The position numbers and the translations under genes were made by a program. Positions 14,271-26,902 of a stretch of DNA of 64,000 nucleotides are shown here, piece by piece. Source of the DNA: Phoronis australis (taxonomy: Eukaryota > Animalia > Phoronida). The notes under the pieces were generated by a model that ran no database searches, had not been told where the DNA came from, and saw nothing but the letters and a program-made list of their open reading frames with translations. The stretch's first letter is position 1. Each line of letters begins with the position of its first letter. The stretch is taken from assembly GCA_002633005.1 (NCBI GenBank), contig NMRA01000848.1, positions 1-64,000 on the forward strand, written 5' to 3'.

Positions 14271-14439
14271 AAATATATATTGTGGACGCCTTCATTGCAC
14301 GTCATCCATGTTCTTGTTGGAAAGTTTGACAGACGTTGTCAGGCACTATGACACGTCGACAGGATGTGCGAACGCTATCTTCCTACAAGAGTTGGGTAAA
14401 GGGATGGTACCAAATGGCGTTGTTTGTGACACTGATAAG
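14271..14439 (+). CDS. ADAM exon: Cys-rich domain part 2
   Basis: ttttcag|A AAT.. phase 2; NIYCGRLHC...GMVPNGVVCDTDK; donor gtagtc. Confidence 0.9.
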
Positions 14440-15996
14440 GTAGTCAGTCTCTTCGTATGTCGGCCACCACACTTTGATTAATTTTTTTCAGACTGGCTCA
14501 GTCTCGAGAACAATTTTAGAAATGCCGCGATAAAGCAAGAAAAAGCAATTTTAAGGGCATTTTAGACCAAGCGCCCCGTGCAACCCAATCGACGAATTTA
14601 GGCTATATATTGATTACTTTCTTCAGGAATGCTGTGTATCAGTCTATAAATTTTCGAATAATTTGCTTTTGAGGTTTGATCGAGATTTCACTCGAGAGTT
14701 AGTGGTGGTCACGTGTTCACAAATACATGTGCACGACTCCAAAATTTAGAATCACTCCGAATCTCAAATATGACGTCTGCTTGAGTATTTCTTGGTGATT
14801 TTCAAAATGTCAGAAATTACCCACTTGAGTATTTTGTATAACTTTCTAGTCATGAAAGTAACGTTTGGTAGTCGCGGGCCCTGCAACAAGGTTTACTTAG
14901 TGTCTTGTTTATTGAAGCTTAGAACAGTGCTCGGCTGGGTGATTTTCTCTCGTTCTGGGTACCACCATATCGTTTTCAATCGAAAGTATTCAAGTTTTAG
15001 CTGTTTTCAGTTTTTCAAATTGTGCTTACACTGTAGGAAAGTGGCGGCGCCAATAAATCTTGAGTAAAATTTGAGTAAATTTGGGAGGGTTACTCGAAAA
15101 TATCAGGCTTGCTACTAGGCATTCTTGAACACGTTCTCAATATAAAGCAGTGTGTTTGAAGCCATAACTGCTAGTATATTAATTAAACTGCAATCAGTGT
15201 AAAAATCCATGAGATTACGTAGCAACAGATATAATTAAAATATACTATTGCTGCTAAAATGGAGGTGATAACCAGAAAAAGTAACAAAATTCACAAAGTT
15301 TGACATAGGTGCTAAGGGAAAACAATGTAGTCACCACAGAGATTCTAATGTTCCTCCCACTTTCCTAGAAATAATTTAAAATGCATTTTAGAATATAGTT
15401 AAATGCTAATATACCTTAATGCCTAAGTTTAAACAGTCTGGACTTGTATCAATACCTATTATCGACCTGGCTGCTGCTTGAATTGGCCACTGATTTGTTT
15501 ACAAAGGTTCAAGGTCTCAGTTTCCATATAAGGGAAATGTGCTACGTCTACATGTATGTATTGTGATATTAAATAAGGAGACGTCCTTTGCCTTGAGCGA
15601 GAAAAAATCGACGAAGTGACGAGCAGTTGATAGATCGTTTTTGCAAATTTGAATCTTATAGAAAATGCTTTGACATCAACAGCATTTTATTTTTTTTTTT
15701 ACGAACCAGCCAAATCAATACATAATAAAGAGGTATAATTCTGTTTCAGGGTCAGAGAAACACTTTGAATTTTACAATTTAGCCTGATTTTCGTGTTCCA
15801 TGCCTCTTTAATGAATTAAATGGTATAAACAAAGCTTCAACTGACGGAAATCAAGCGATAAATATGGAAAGAGAGCCAGAAGAAATGTGTGGAAAGGAGT
15901 GAATTAAATGTGTGCATGTGCATTCTTGTGAGTGCGTGTGCGTGTGTGTGTGTTAGTGGGTGTGCATGCAGGACAGTTCTATCATATGAATATATA

Positions 15997-15998
<2 letters not shown>

Positions 15999-16094
<96 letters not shown>

Positions 16095-16110
16095 TTTGTG
16101 TGTGTGTGTG
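15999..16110. repeat. (TG)n microsatellite
   Basis: Direct reading. Confidence 0.98.
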
Positions 16111-17500
16111 TCAGTATTATTCGGTAGTAGCCCTTCGTTAAAGACACGACTAGACTTTTTGTTAGCGAGCTTGATACTGGCACGTTCGTAATTGACCTAT
16201 CGCAAGCCCCGCCCCTTGCGTAATGTCGAGAAACAAACAATAAGTTTTACCCGGCAACGTCTTGTTTGTCGGGTAAAATGGCGGCTTAGAAACGAAGGTA
16301 TGTCAAGAATGCTGCGTTCTGATTGGTCACTTAAGCAGTCACTCAGGATCTTGGCGATAGGTCAATTGTCTCCTTTCTTCTCGTGCACAGGTATGAAGTA
16401 AAAGACCGAGAGACATTACAAATAAACAAATAAAAAACCGTAGCTATACTTCGTGACGTCATGTCACATCATCAGGCAATGAGTGGAATGAACATACAGT
16501 ATACAGTATACAGAGCGAAATAAACAGTGAAATACACGTGACAGCGAGAAGAGGGGCATACAAGCAGAGAGTGTAAATGCAACACACTGTAGGAAGCCCG
16601 CAACCCTATCGAAACAGAACCAGCGTGCGATGTACGTGAGCTCTTCATTCAACACAAGTTTTTCGTGACTGATCAATATATCAGTGTATTATAAGAACTG
16701 TATGTCTAACAATTATCTGAGTGAAGAACATGTGCTTAAGAAAATTGTATGGGATAACGTTAAGATGGTCAAAACTGGTGATATATTGAATGTATTCATT
16801 TATTATCAGAATATGAAGTAACGTCACCTTGTCATGACAAACAACCCCAGTCGTGAAGGCTACGACCAGTGGCCAAATGTAATGTTGTTTACCAATTCAC
16901 ATGTCATATGGACGAATGTCTTCGTCCTCATTCTCGTGAACAGCGTTACACTGGACACGTGGTGTGTTCTCTCTCGCAAACGCTGTCCATGCACTTGCAA
17001 GGGAGGGGTCCATTTGAGATCACTTTGTACACCAACATGGCAGAAAAATAACTACGCAAGAAATAGTAGACAATACCATCATTCGCTATGTTGAAAATGA
17101 CATATTTCGGCTAAAGATTTTGTAATCGCTATTAATGAGGCACGAAAAACCCCTGTTGAATGAATACATTGTAGTTCACAGCTGTGTATCACACGCTGGC
17201 TCAGTTTCGATAGGGTTGGGGGCTTCCTAAGTGTGTTGCAATCACACTCTCTGCTTGGGCCTCTTCCCGCTATCACGTGTATTTCACTGTTTAATTCTCT
17301 CTGCATACGTTCATTCCATTCATTGCCTGATTATGTGACATGAAGTCATGAAATATAGCTATTGTTTTTATTTTTTTTGTTATGTCTCTCTGTCTTTTAG
17401 TTCATACCTGCACACCAGAAGAATGGAGAGTGTTCTGAAAGTACGAACGTACCAGTATCAAGCTCGCTAACGAAAGTCTAGTCGTGTCTTTAACGAAGTT
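16110..17500 (+). mobile_element. Penelope-like GIY-YIG fragment (~16680-17160) between inverted repeat arms
   Basis: NVVYQFTC..YTGH..CSLS..LSMHLQ; 16125-16190 and 16370-16640 are reverse complements of 17170-17500. Confidence 0.7.
16190..16367. mobile_element. ~180 bp MITE family A (TIR AATTGACCTATCGC)
   Basis: Terminal inverted repeats; related copies at ~10122-10285, ~12415-12579, ~27760-27938 and ~42770-42948. Confidence 0.75.
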
Positions 17501-17806
17501 TATATATGTGTGTGTGGGGAGGTGTATGTGAATAGGAACATTTATGAAAATCCAGTTGTGCCGGACATGAAACAATCTTTTCCGAATACCTGTCTTTGGT
17601 CTTGGCTGAACCTGAACTTCGGTCTTAGACAATTCTTTGTTCTTGGAATGTAAGTCTTAACACTTTTCATGAAGCGCCGTAATGAAAGTGAAGCATACCT
17701 TCGTCAGTTGAATGCGATAGAGTTATGCTCGTTGAGACACAATTTTCACGGTGAGAATTTGGACGAAGATAGTTTGTCAGAACTTGATCATGTTTTTCGG
17801 GTATAG

Positions 17807-17872
17807 GTGTGTGTAAAGCAGGAGTGTCGCGCTGACGTTCTCAATGACACATTCCGCTGTAGTGGTCACGTG
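17807..17872 (+). CDS. ADAM exon: Cys-rich end / EGF start (VCVKQECRADVLNDTFRCSGHV)
   Basis: tatag|GTG..GTG|gtgagt, 66 nt, phase 0-0; matches the ADAM VC.N..C...C.GHG pattern. Confidence 0.8.
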
Positions 17873-19500
17873 GTGAGTTTCTTTAGACTTTTTCCGCCAA
17901 GAGCTCTTGATGTGTCTAATTTCCTCAGCAGTAGATTGTCCCACTTAGATTTTTGACAGGTGCATACAATGTAACTCTAGTAAACAAAATTTATCCGTCG
18001 GACTACACCAAGCACACAATATATCTTTCTAGAGTCATTGTGCAATGAATACGTATAATTTCGATCGATTTCTCAGAATACTGTAAATATAATTCATTAA
18101 AGGAGAATGCCACGCTATTTAGTCGGTCTATATCCATATCACCTCATATACAGTCCATATCACGTCGCCTGGAGGTGTCGCGTTAACCTGTGAGAGAGAT
18201 TAGTACACGTCACAGCGAAGTGTTTCATCTGAGTGTGTGCCGTTATGTTGTGGCGTATCGTTCCCGCTTGTGTGAACCATGAAGCTACAAGGAAAGCGGA
18301 TGTGTCAATTTTTCGATATCCTCGAGAACCCGAAATGTTTTAGAAGTGGTTCCCAGCAGCAGAAAACGAAAAGTACGCCGTTAATACCAAGGACGAGGCC
18401 GTGAAATATCTCGATCCTTCTCTGTGGCCGGCATTGTTCTGTTTCAAAATAAATTATTCTCATATTAGCCTAACTAATGTTTATATCAAACTGAAACAAC
18501 GTGTCAAAGTCTGTCTCAGCAGATACAATTTGTAATGCCTTAGAAGTGTTCGAGAGTCTGTAAATGTTTTGAGAAATCAGCAATGAATAAATTATACTGC
18601 GTTACCGGCTTCAGATGCAATAAGCTAATTAACCGGGCGCCCGCCCGTGTGAGGGCATGCTAATGCAGTGTTTGTTGACTGAAAGCTNGGGTCCATTCGA
18701 GATCACTTTGTACACCAACATGGCAGAAAAATAACTATGCAAGGAATAGTAGACAATACCATCATTCGCTATGTTGAAAATGACATATTTCGGCTAAAGA
18801 TTTTGGAATCGCTATTAATGAGGCACGAAAAACCCCTGTTGAATGAATAGTTCACAGCTGTGTATCACACGCTGGCTCAATTTAGATCGGGTTGCGGTCT
18901 TCCTACAGTGTGTTGCATTCACACTCTCTGGTTGTATGCCCCTCTTCCCGCTATCACGTGTATTTCACTGTTTAATTATCTCTGCATACGTTCATTCCGC
19001 TCACTGCCCGACGATGTGACATGAAGTCACGAAATGTAGCTACTGTTTTTATTTTTTGTGTTATGACTCTCTGTCTTTAAGTTCATACCTGCACACCAGA
19101 AGAATGGAAACTGTTCCGAAAGTACGAACGTGCCAGTATCAAGCTCGCTAAAAAGTCTAGTCGTGTCTTTAACGAAGTTTATGTAATTATATACATGTAT
19201 ATTTGTGGGGGGTATGTGAATAGGAACATTTATGAAAATCCAGCTGTGCAGGACAAGAACCAACGTTTTCCGAATACCTGTCTTTGGTCTTGGCTGAGCC
19301 TGAACTTCGGTCTTAGACAATTATTTGTTCTTGGAACGTAAGTCTTAACACTTTTCATGAAGCGCCGTAATGAAAATGAAGCATACATGTACTTTCGTCA
19401 GTTGAATGCAATAGAGTTACGCTCGTTGAGACACTATTGTCACGGTGAAAATTTGGACGAAGATAGTTTGTTAGAACTTGACCATGTCTTTCGGATATAG

Positions 19501-19566
19501 GTGTGTGTAAAGCAGGAGTGTCGCGCTGACGTTCTCAATGACACATTCCGCTGTAGTGGTCACGTG
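19501..19566 (+). CDS. Duplicate of exon 17807-17872
   Basis: Identical sequence, in the block duplicated across the N at 18688. Confidence 0.5.
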
Positions 19567-21192
19567 GTGAGTTTCTTTAGACTTTTTCCGCCAAGAGCTC
19601 TTGATGTGTCTAATTTCCTCAGCAGTAGATTGTCCCACTTAGATTTTTGACAGGTGCATACAATGTAACTCTAGTAAACAAAATTTATCCGTCGGACTAC
19701 ACCAAGCACACAATATATCTTTCTAGAGTCATTGTGCAATGAATACGTATAATTTCGATCGATTTCTCAGAATACTGTAAATATAATTCATTAAAGGAGA
19801 ATGCCACGCTATTTAGTCGGTCTATATCCATATCACCTCATATACAGTCCATATCACGTCGCCTGGAGGTGTCGCGTTAACCTGTGAGAGAGATTAGTAC
19901 ACGTCACAGCGAAGTGTTTCATCTGAGTGTGTGCCGTTATGTTGTGGCGTATCGTTCCCGCTTGTGTGAACCATGAAGCTACAAGGAAAGCGGATGTGTC
20001 AATTTTTCGATATCCTCGAGAACCCGAAATGTTTTAGAAGTGGTTCCCAGCAGCAGAAAACGAAAAGTACGCCGTTAATACCAAGGACGAGGCCGTGAAA
20101 TATCTCGATCCTTCTCTGTGGCCGGCATTGTTCTGTTTCAAAATAAATTATTTTCATATTAGCCTAACTAATGTTTATATCAAACTGAAACAACGTGTCA
20201 AAGTCTGTCTCAGCAGATACAATTTGTAATGCCTTAGAAGTGTTCGAGAGTCTGTAAATGTTTTGAGAAATCAGCAATGAATAAATTATACTGCGTTACC
20301 GGCTTCAGATGCAATAAGCTAATTAACCGGGCGCCCGCCCGTGTGAGGGCATGCTAATGCAGTGTTTGTTGACTGAAAGCTATTGTGTGGTCAGAGGTTA
20401 GGGCAATCTATATATTATTCAAACCAGTGTACCTTTTCCCTGTATGGTTCTGCAGAAGGGGAACCTGGCTTGGCGGCCCCCAACGAGTAAGTAGACTTCC
20501 ATTTCGCGGCGAATTCACCAAAATATTCAAGTGCACGTGATTTTTTTTGCTTCACTAGTCTAGTCATTTTGTGACTGGAAGTTTAGTTTTCAACTTTCGC
20601 AGCCGACTAACCCGACTGGTTTATATTCGTAATTTCTCCAGTCCGGCTGCGACGGGCCTAATCGGGAACGAAGACACTGGGTTAGAATGGGGGTTTTGAA
20701 ACAGTTTCCAAGTCTGAAATTACTACATACAGCTGTGCTCTCCTGTCTTTATTTCACGGAAGCATAATTCAAATTTACCACCGAACAGACTCCAAACTTC
20801 CCGCGACCCACCGCGGAAAGTTGGCTATCCGAACTTCTTATTTTGGGCTATGGTACGTTACGTGCTTAAAATTTCAATGCGTTTGAAATGATTTTACATC
20901 TAATTTTGATGATTTATTGGTGTAAAACGATAAATTCAAGCGATATACTGACACCAGTATGCGTCTGGGGAACTGCTGAACAGACTGTATTAGAACTTTT
21001 GACGTCATTGGTTAATTTCAACACCTCCATCTGCCGTCTATTGTCAAGTAAAAAATGATCTTGCTGTCATAGAATGGAACTACTCGATCTAAATTGATAC
21101 AAAATACCTTGTTTTGGTGGTATTCTCCTTTACCGTCTCCCCACAAGTGTTTTTTTTTTTCAAACAGAGATTGCAACTTTCTATCGCCGCAG

Positions 21193-21357
21193 GCCAGAAG
21201 TAGTTCCTGTATGAATGGTCGACTAGACGGCGGGGAGGAATGTGACTGTGGCACACCTCGAGAGTGTACGAATAAATGCTGTGACCCGTGCACGTGCAAA
21301 ATGACTTTACATGTGCAATGTGCGCATGGGAATTGTTGCGATTTGGACACGTGCCAG
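21193..21357 (+). CDS. Second disintegrin domain, N-half (acceptor uncertain: 21168/21170/21193)
   Basis: [44 protein letters not shown]; donor gtactg phase 0; paralogous to 3713-3971. Confidence 0.85.
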
Positions 21358-21524
21358 GTACTGGATGCTTGTATTCAGCAATGCATGATGAAGGGAGGGG
21401 TTGTTGTGAGTTAGTGTTGCAAGGGCGACACTATAAGTAAGTGTCGGTGCGGCAATATGTGTAGTAAGCACTAGTACACAACTGTGTTAAGCCTCTGTGT
21501 TCAGGGGTAGCGTATGCCGAGATC

Positions 21525-21600
21525 ATGCCCCGCATGGGAATCGAACCAGCGACCCGGATAGTACCGACAAACGTGCTAATCAGAGTGAGTGGCTAACAGA
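21525..21600 (-). mobile_element. tRNA-derived SINE-like head
   Basis: Pol III B-box GGTTCGATTCCC on the - strand (21536-21547); no complete cloverleaf seen. Confidence 0.4.
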
Positions 21601-21989
21601 CGAGACTCATATGATTCAAAAGAAGCACGTCTAGAACATGTCTTCTTTTCCTACGCAAGAGGCTTGCAATCAGGAATGTGAAAACTTGTCTCACATATTT
21701 CCTTTGTATCTTTACTACCACAACGCAGGTCAACAGAAGGGTTTCTTTCATGCAAGTCATCAGCTCCCGGAACTTTTACCATCACTGCACCATGCGCGCC
21801 GTCTGAGGTGCGAGGGTGCTACGTGGCAGTGCTTTTGCGGTATATCATCCATTTGCTGGCTACGCCATTTGTCTACGGACTTAAAATGTCAAATTCTTGG
21901 CCACACACATTGTTTCGTGACAGAAAATATCAAACACTTGCCCCCCACATCTCCACTCTTGTTGGTTGTGTTATTGTTGTTGGTTGGTA

Positions 21990-24310
21990 TTGGGTCGTAA
22001 AGGATTTTTTCTCAGTAGCTGTCGCTTCATTCGACGTCATGGCTGGGCAACTGGCCACTGAATCTGAAAGCCTGTAAAGAAAGGTGCCCACGATTTCTTG
22101 CATTTGGACACACAGATTACGCACTCTGGATTCCTGTTTTCTTGAGAAATATGGCACAACTTTCAGAGCCCCACCTTTCAGTGCATGAAGCTTTCATGGA
22201 AGGTAACTTAATTTTTCAACGTATCGACAGTAAATATTCTTTGATGACTCTTGACCAGGGCCAAGAGCACAGCATCAAGTTCTTGAAAGAAAGCAGTGGT
22301 TCAAAGGGACTCTGTGGCCAACAAGAAGAAAGGAAATGATTGAGCTTTCAAAGCCAGAAGTGCTAAAGGTAACTGACGAGTAAGAGGATGCATGCTTGTT
22401 TACGTCTAGATGCACAATTTGGAGCAACCTGAACCTTCCATTGCTGAAAAAAAAAACATATTCCTCAAATACTTCAAAGCTCGATGCGACTTTGTGAAGG
22501 AAGGTCAAGTTGTCAATTCATTCAAGGATAATGCCTCAGATATCATTACTTTGGACACTGGTGAGATCATGAACCCTTAAACCATCAACTGGTCAAATCA
22601 AATTTACATTGTTTGTAATAGCCAGAACTGAAATTGCTACCAAACAGTTGTCTGATATCACCCCAAGCACCAACTTGTTTTCTTTCGCCAACAGACCAAT
22701 CAAAAGCTAGGATCTGCCAAATTGAATCCGGCTCTCTTCACCAAGATGTTTATGTCACTCCAAGTACGTCCCCATGCAGAGAATTTAGAATTTTTCAATC
22801 ACAAAAATCAGCGTGACCCCCTCGTTCTAATGCGATGGATGTATACTTCGGTCAGGAACCAAGTCTGATATTCTTGCATGTCTGCCTGGCATGCCTGTTC
22901 CTGGCCCATCTCTAGTAATCAATGATGCTTGTGGTTCTCGACATGACCTCCATAATGCGTATCCTAAAACTCCAGCGTGCAAAAGTTTTTGGGGGAGTAT
23001 ACACAGACGCAATTGCTGCCACACTTACAAAGCCAGATAGCAGGCAACACTAGAAGAGTGAATGAAGTCTGGGAAACATACCCAGAGGATTGTCTGAAGT
23101 CACAGACTCGTGTTAAGCGTGGTGGGACTAGAATGCTACGAACACGGGTATCTGCTAAGAAACGTCAGTGGCAGACATTCCTCAAAAATTGTCAAATCAG
23201 CTGAGGACAGCTCTTCCAGTTCATGAACCACCACTTTCTGAGTAGTAACACAGCTGATTCACTGCACCAATTTCTTAAAACAAAGGCCGACCTAGTGCTC
23301 AGCAACTAACCAACAAACGCAAGAGCACCGTTCGCATGTCAACAGGAAGAAGCTTATACGATGGTGATGCTGCATTTGCAACATGCAGCTGTTCAACGTC
23401 AACCCGATGCTTACCTTAGGACCAATTGGAAGTGAAGACGAGGTTGTGCTAGCTGTCAACTGCTTTCACGAGATAAGCATATCAGAGAAAAAACTATAAA
23501 TATATTCCTATCTACCAAATCTCGCGAATCCTTGGGCAGAAGAAATGAGGAGCACTCCCACTCTATCACGCACTCACTGACAGGTTGTGATATCGTCTCG
23601 ACAATCTTCAGGATTGGAAAAAGAAGTGCATGAAATGCTTGCGCTGGTTCCCCTCAGGTCACAAATACTTTCATTGCCGTTACTCATGACTAAACCATCC
23701 TCACACTTCACTTAATTCGTATGCGACACCTTTAGCGCTGAATAGAACTATTGTACAGTAAGAACTGTGGAACACATTCTGTGAATGAAGTGAGAAGGGA
23801 AAATTCTGCATACAATGTTCCAGGATGCTCACGGCATTGCAGAATATTCCAAAACGAGGTTGTAGCAAGTTGAATGGGAGGAGATGAGTGGTGATTGCCA
23901 TAACAACGCCTGATGCCAGACACACATTAACGAGAGAATACAAGAATATTTGGGATACTTATGCAGTGCTTTACTCCCTCCAGCTTCCAGTAACCCGACA
24001 ACTTGAACGTTTTACAATTTCCTATAACATCTGCTTCATCTACCGAAAGAAACTGTCGTTGTTGTTGGGATCATTGCGCACTTTCAATTTTAAGCTGTTA
24101 ACGTCAAATTAAGGTAAACATTGGTGCGCCATACAAAATGTAGGTTTTTTTCCAGCGCCATGTCCATCATAGCGAAGCCATCTTAACCTAGAAAAATTGT
24201 ACACTTGCCTTAATTTGTGACTGAGTTCTTACGTGCACCAAACAATCAAATTTTGCAATACACGTATGTGAAACAGGAAATCTCAATGTGATATTCATGT
24301 TCCGACCCAG
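21990..24310 (+). mobile_element. Decayed Academ(X)-like DNA transposon
   Basis: Frameshifted motifs DQGQEHS.K..G.KGL (~22250), QEEAYT.V.LH..HAA (~23345), YHALT.GCD.VS....GK (~23560), typical of XPG/PIN-domain Academ proteins. Family call from memory of motifs. Confidence 0.55.
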
Positions 24311-25249
24311 TGCTTTTGTCCACATAATGGGTAGAGGTGTCGGCGCACATTCAAAGTCCATACCATTGCAAAATTTGGGGTTTCAGGCAACTGGAAACCC
24401 GACATCATACTCACTAGATGACGAAGTCCCCCAGCCCATTTCTGTCAAGACACAGTGCATACAAGTATACAGAGGGCTCGGGAACCGGCCTCCTCCACAA
24501 TCTACGCCGGCAGCATGATTTGGAGACCACGCTGACATATTCATAAGAAATATTCGGTCGATCTCCCTGACGACGACAGAGATCCGGTAGTGCAAGGTGT
24601 GACAAATATTTTTTGCGTACAATCATGTACGAATGAAAATGCTTCCTAGAGGTGGTTCTCTGATCCCACTATCAGTACTGTTCGAGATACAAGTATAAGT
24701 GCTGCTACCACTGTTGTTGTAACTGGAAAGCAAAATGTGTTCTCTCGTTAAAGTTCGGATTAAAGCGGCATGATACCGTGGTCCGTCCGAGAGGCAACTT
24801 TTTTAATCAGACTACCTCCCGCTATAACATTGGACTCAACGTGCTATTTATCATAAGAGGCGTGATTTTTGGGTTTCCAAAAAACTCAGTGTTAGTTATT
24901 ACGTGAGACAAGTGTTTGGCACAAAAAAATCACACGCACTGACAATCAACTACATGCACCAACCTATAAAGCCTGGTCACAAGCAACAACTTTCTGTTCT
25001 TTTGAAATCGCGTACTGCTCTCTATTGTGCCTAAGATAGGGATTAACGTCACTTTCATGACGCTAAGCGATCTAAATCGAAAGTCATGTGGTTTTGAAAT
25101 TTCGACCAGGACTGAGTTGCATCAAGCTTAAAAAGTTATCCGCTGGATAAGTTTAATTGTTGCATGATGCCAGGTGCATTGTTCAACAATATCAACGTGA
25201 AGCGTGACAATGCGACGCCATACGGCGTATAACTTTTATGCAACAGGGC

Positions 25250-25664
25250 CCTGGGCCCGGTCTCTAATCTTTGTACTCGAAACGAACTCGAAACTATTTT
25301 TGGGAATTTCTCTGTTCCTTTTGTGCGAACTTAAGATAATTGGTTATCAGACTGTACTCGAATACATTATACATGTAGTTTATGCATAGGAGTTTCTAGT
25401 TCAAGTTTGCCCTTGAAGACCCTTATATTCGTGCTACAAACTCGAGTAAAAACTCGAAATTTCGAGTTCAAACTCGAACTTATTGCTTTAATATTGGGTT
25501 TACAAACTTTGAACTAAGGACAATAAATTACCTACGTAAGTTATTGTGTACTCGAGCATAGAATAATAGACACTTATCTTGATTTCTCCCAAAAGTAGAG
25601 TAGAAAATGCCAAACCTAATTTCGAGTTCCATTTCGAGTAAAAAGATTGGAGACCGGGCCCAGG
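25250..25664. mobile_element. Palindromic MITE with CCTGGGCCCGGTCTC termini
   Basis: Left end and right end (GAGACCGGGCCCAGG) are reverse complements; symmetry extends inward over ~130 bp. Confidence 0.75.
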
Positions 25665-25823
25665 TTTATAATTGCTGCTACTCCAAGTTTGTGTCATTCA
25701 GTCGGACAAGAATACGACAGAAAGTAAAGACGTGTTGACCCTACACTCAGGCAGAATCGCCCAGAACGTCCAGCCTCTATTACTGCCTGTTACATATACC
25801 ATTCTTTTCCTGTAAACGTATAG

Positions 25824-25955
25824 TACAAACGGCGAGGTGACGAATGCAGACCGACTACAGAACTCTGCGACTTACCTGAATACTGCAGCGGACGCTCAAA
25901 TAATTGTCCTCCCGATCGACACAAGCAGGATGGAACTACATGCGACGACAAAAAG
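25824..25955 (+). CDS. Second disintegrin domain, loop exon (YKRRGDECRPTTELCDLPEYCSGRSNNCPPDRHKQDGTTCDDKK)
   Basis: tatag acceptor, 132 nt, phase 0-0; non-canonical AAG|gcaagt GC donor at the position homologous to the 8464 donor. Confidence 0.88.
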
Positions 25956-26158
25956 GCAAGTATAGAGGACCGTTCGTTTACAACTTTAACGGTATGAAGC
26001 ATAGACGTTTGCAGGCCAATGAACGTTTTGTGCCGTAACTGATGTCTTCAATGTATGGAATCACTTACTACCTTCGTCTAAAGGTAATGCTATATATTGA
26101 GACTAGATGTGGACAAAGTTGACAATCGTAAAACGATTAAATATTCCCCCTTTTGCAG

Positions 26159-26227
26159 ATTTGTGAAAATAGAAGATGTCTTCCAAAGAGGGTGCTTGCG
26201 CCTGTGTGTGACTGCAACGGTCACGGG
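26159..26227 (+). CDS. ADAM exon: ICENRRC..CDCNGHG (Cys-rich end / EGF start)
   Basis: ttttgcag acceptor, gtaaag donor, 69 nt, phase 0-0. Confidence 0.85.
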
Positions 26228-26636
26228 GTAAAGTTTAAACCTTTGTCAGCATGCATTACATTGACGGTGTCGTTAGGCTGATAACATACTGTACCATGCC
26301 ATGCCATGACATGACATACGTATGCTATTTATGTTAGGTAGACGACGGAAAGTCGCTAAACTGCGGGTACCCTACAGTAGCCACTGGAGAAAGAACAACC
26401 AACAGTTTGATGCCTTGCTTGTTCAAAGTTCCCTGGCAAAGTCATAAAATGACAATTGCCGACTGAGGATACGCATAATCCAAATCGGTCGGCTAGACGG
26501 CCAGTTTGCCGACCTAACTGCCGACCGCATAAGTGCTTCAGCTGACGGCTCCTAACAGACCGTCGCTGGTGGTCTAGACGACCGGTCATTGACAGATTTC
26601 CGACCGGTCGGACAAACATTCGTAATATGTACTGTG

Positions 26637-26715
26637 CATACATACATACATACATATATACATACATACATACATACATACATACATACATACATACATA
26701 CATGTACACATACAT
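26637..26715. repeat. (TACA)n microsatellite
   Basis: Direct reading. Confidence 0.95.
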
Positions 26716-26902
26716 TCATATAGAAAAAAAATATCAAATGGATTCGTATTTTTTGTTTTGATCACGTCACTCGCCATCGAATTTCATTTTGCTTTCTTCG
26801 CAAATGGATACTGGCCATCTCAAAACTCTTGCACTTGTAATTAAACGTGATGCCATGTTAGCGAGAGTAACATTACATTTTGGAGTTGCAAGACCCATCA
26901 TG

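Larger units (their letters stand above)
17006..20381. repeat. ~1.7 kb direct duplication across the single N at 18688
   Basis: 17006-18687 vs 18689-20381; first ~800 bp diverged, remainder nearly identical. Confidence 0.9.

Noticed and set aside
15889-16240. ORFs of CVCV/HTHT repeats
   Set aside because: Translations of the (TG)n microsatellite.
20456-20486. 31-nt candidate micro-exon (KGNLAWRPPT) with good splice sites
   Set aside because: Needs the weaker 21170 acceptor to stay in frame; cannot be supported without transcripts.
21525-21600. tRNA gene
   Set aside because: Only a B-box/T-arm is visible, with no full cloverleaf; treated as SINE-like.
26356-26777. MYVC-repeat ORFs
   Set aside because: Translations of the (TACA)n microsatellite.
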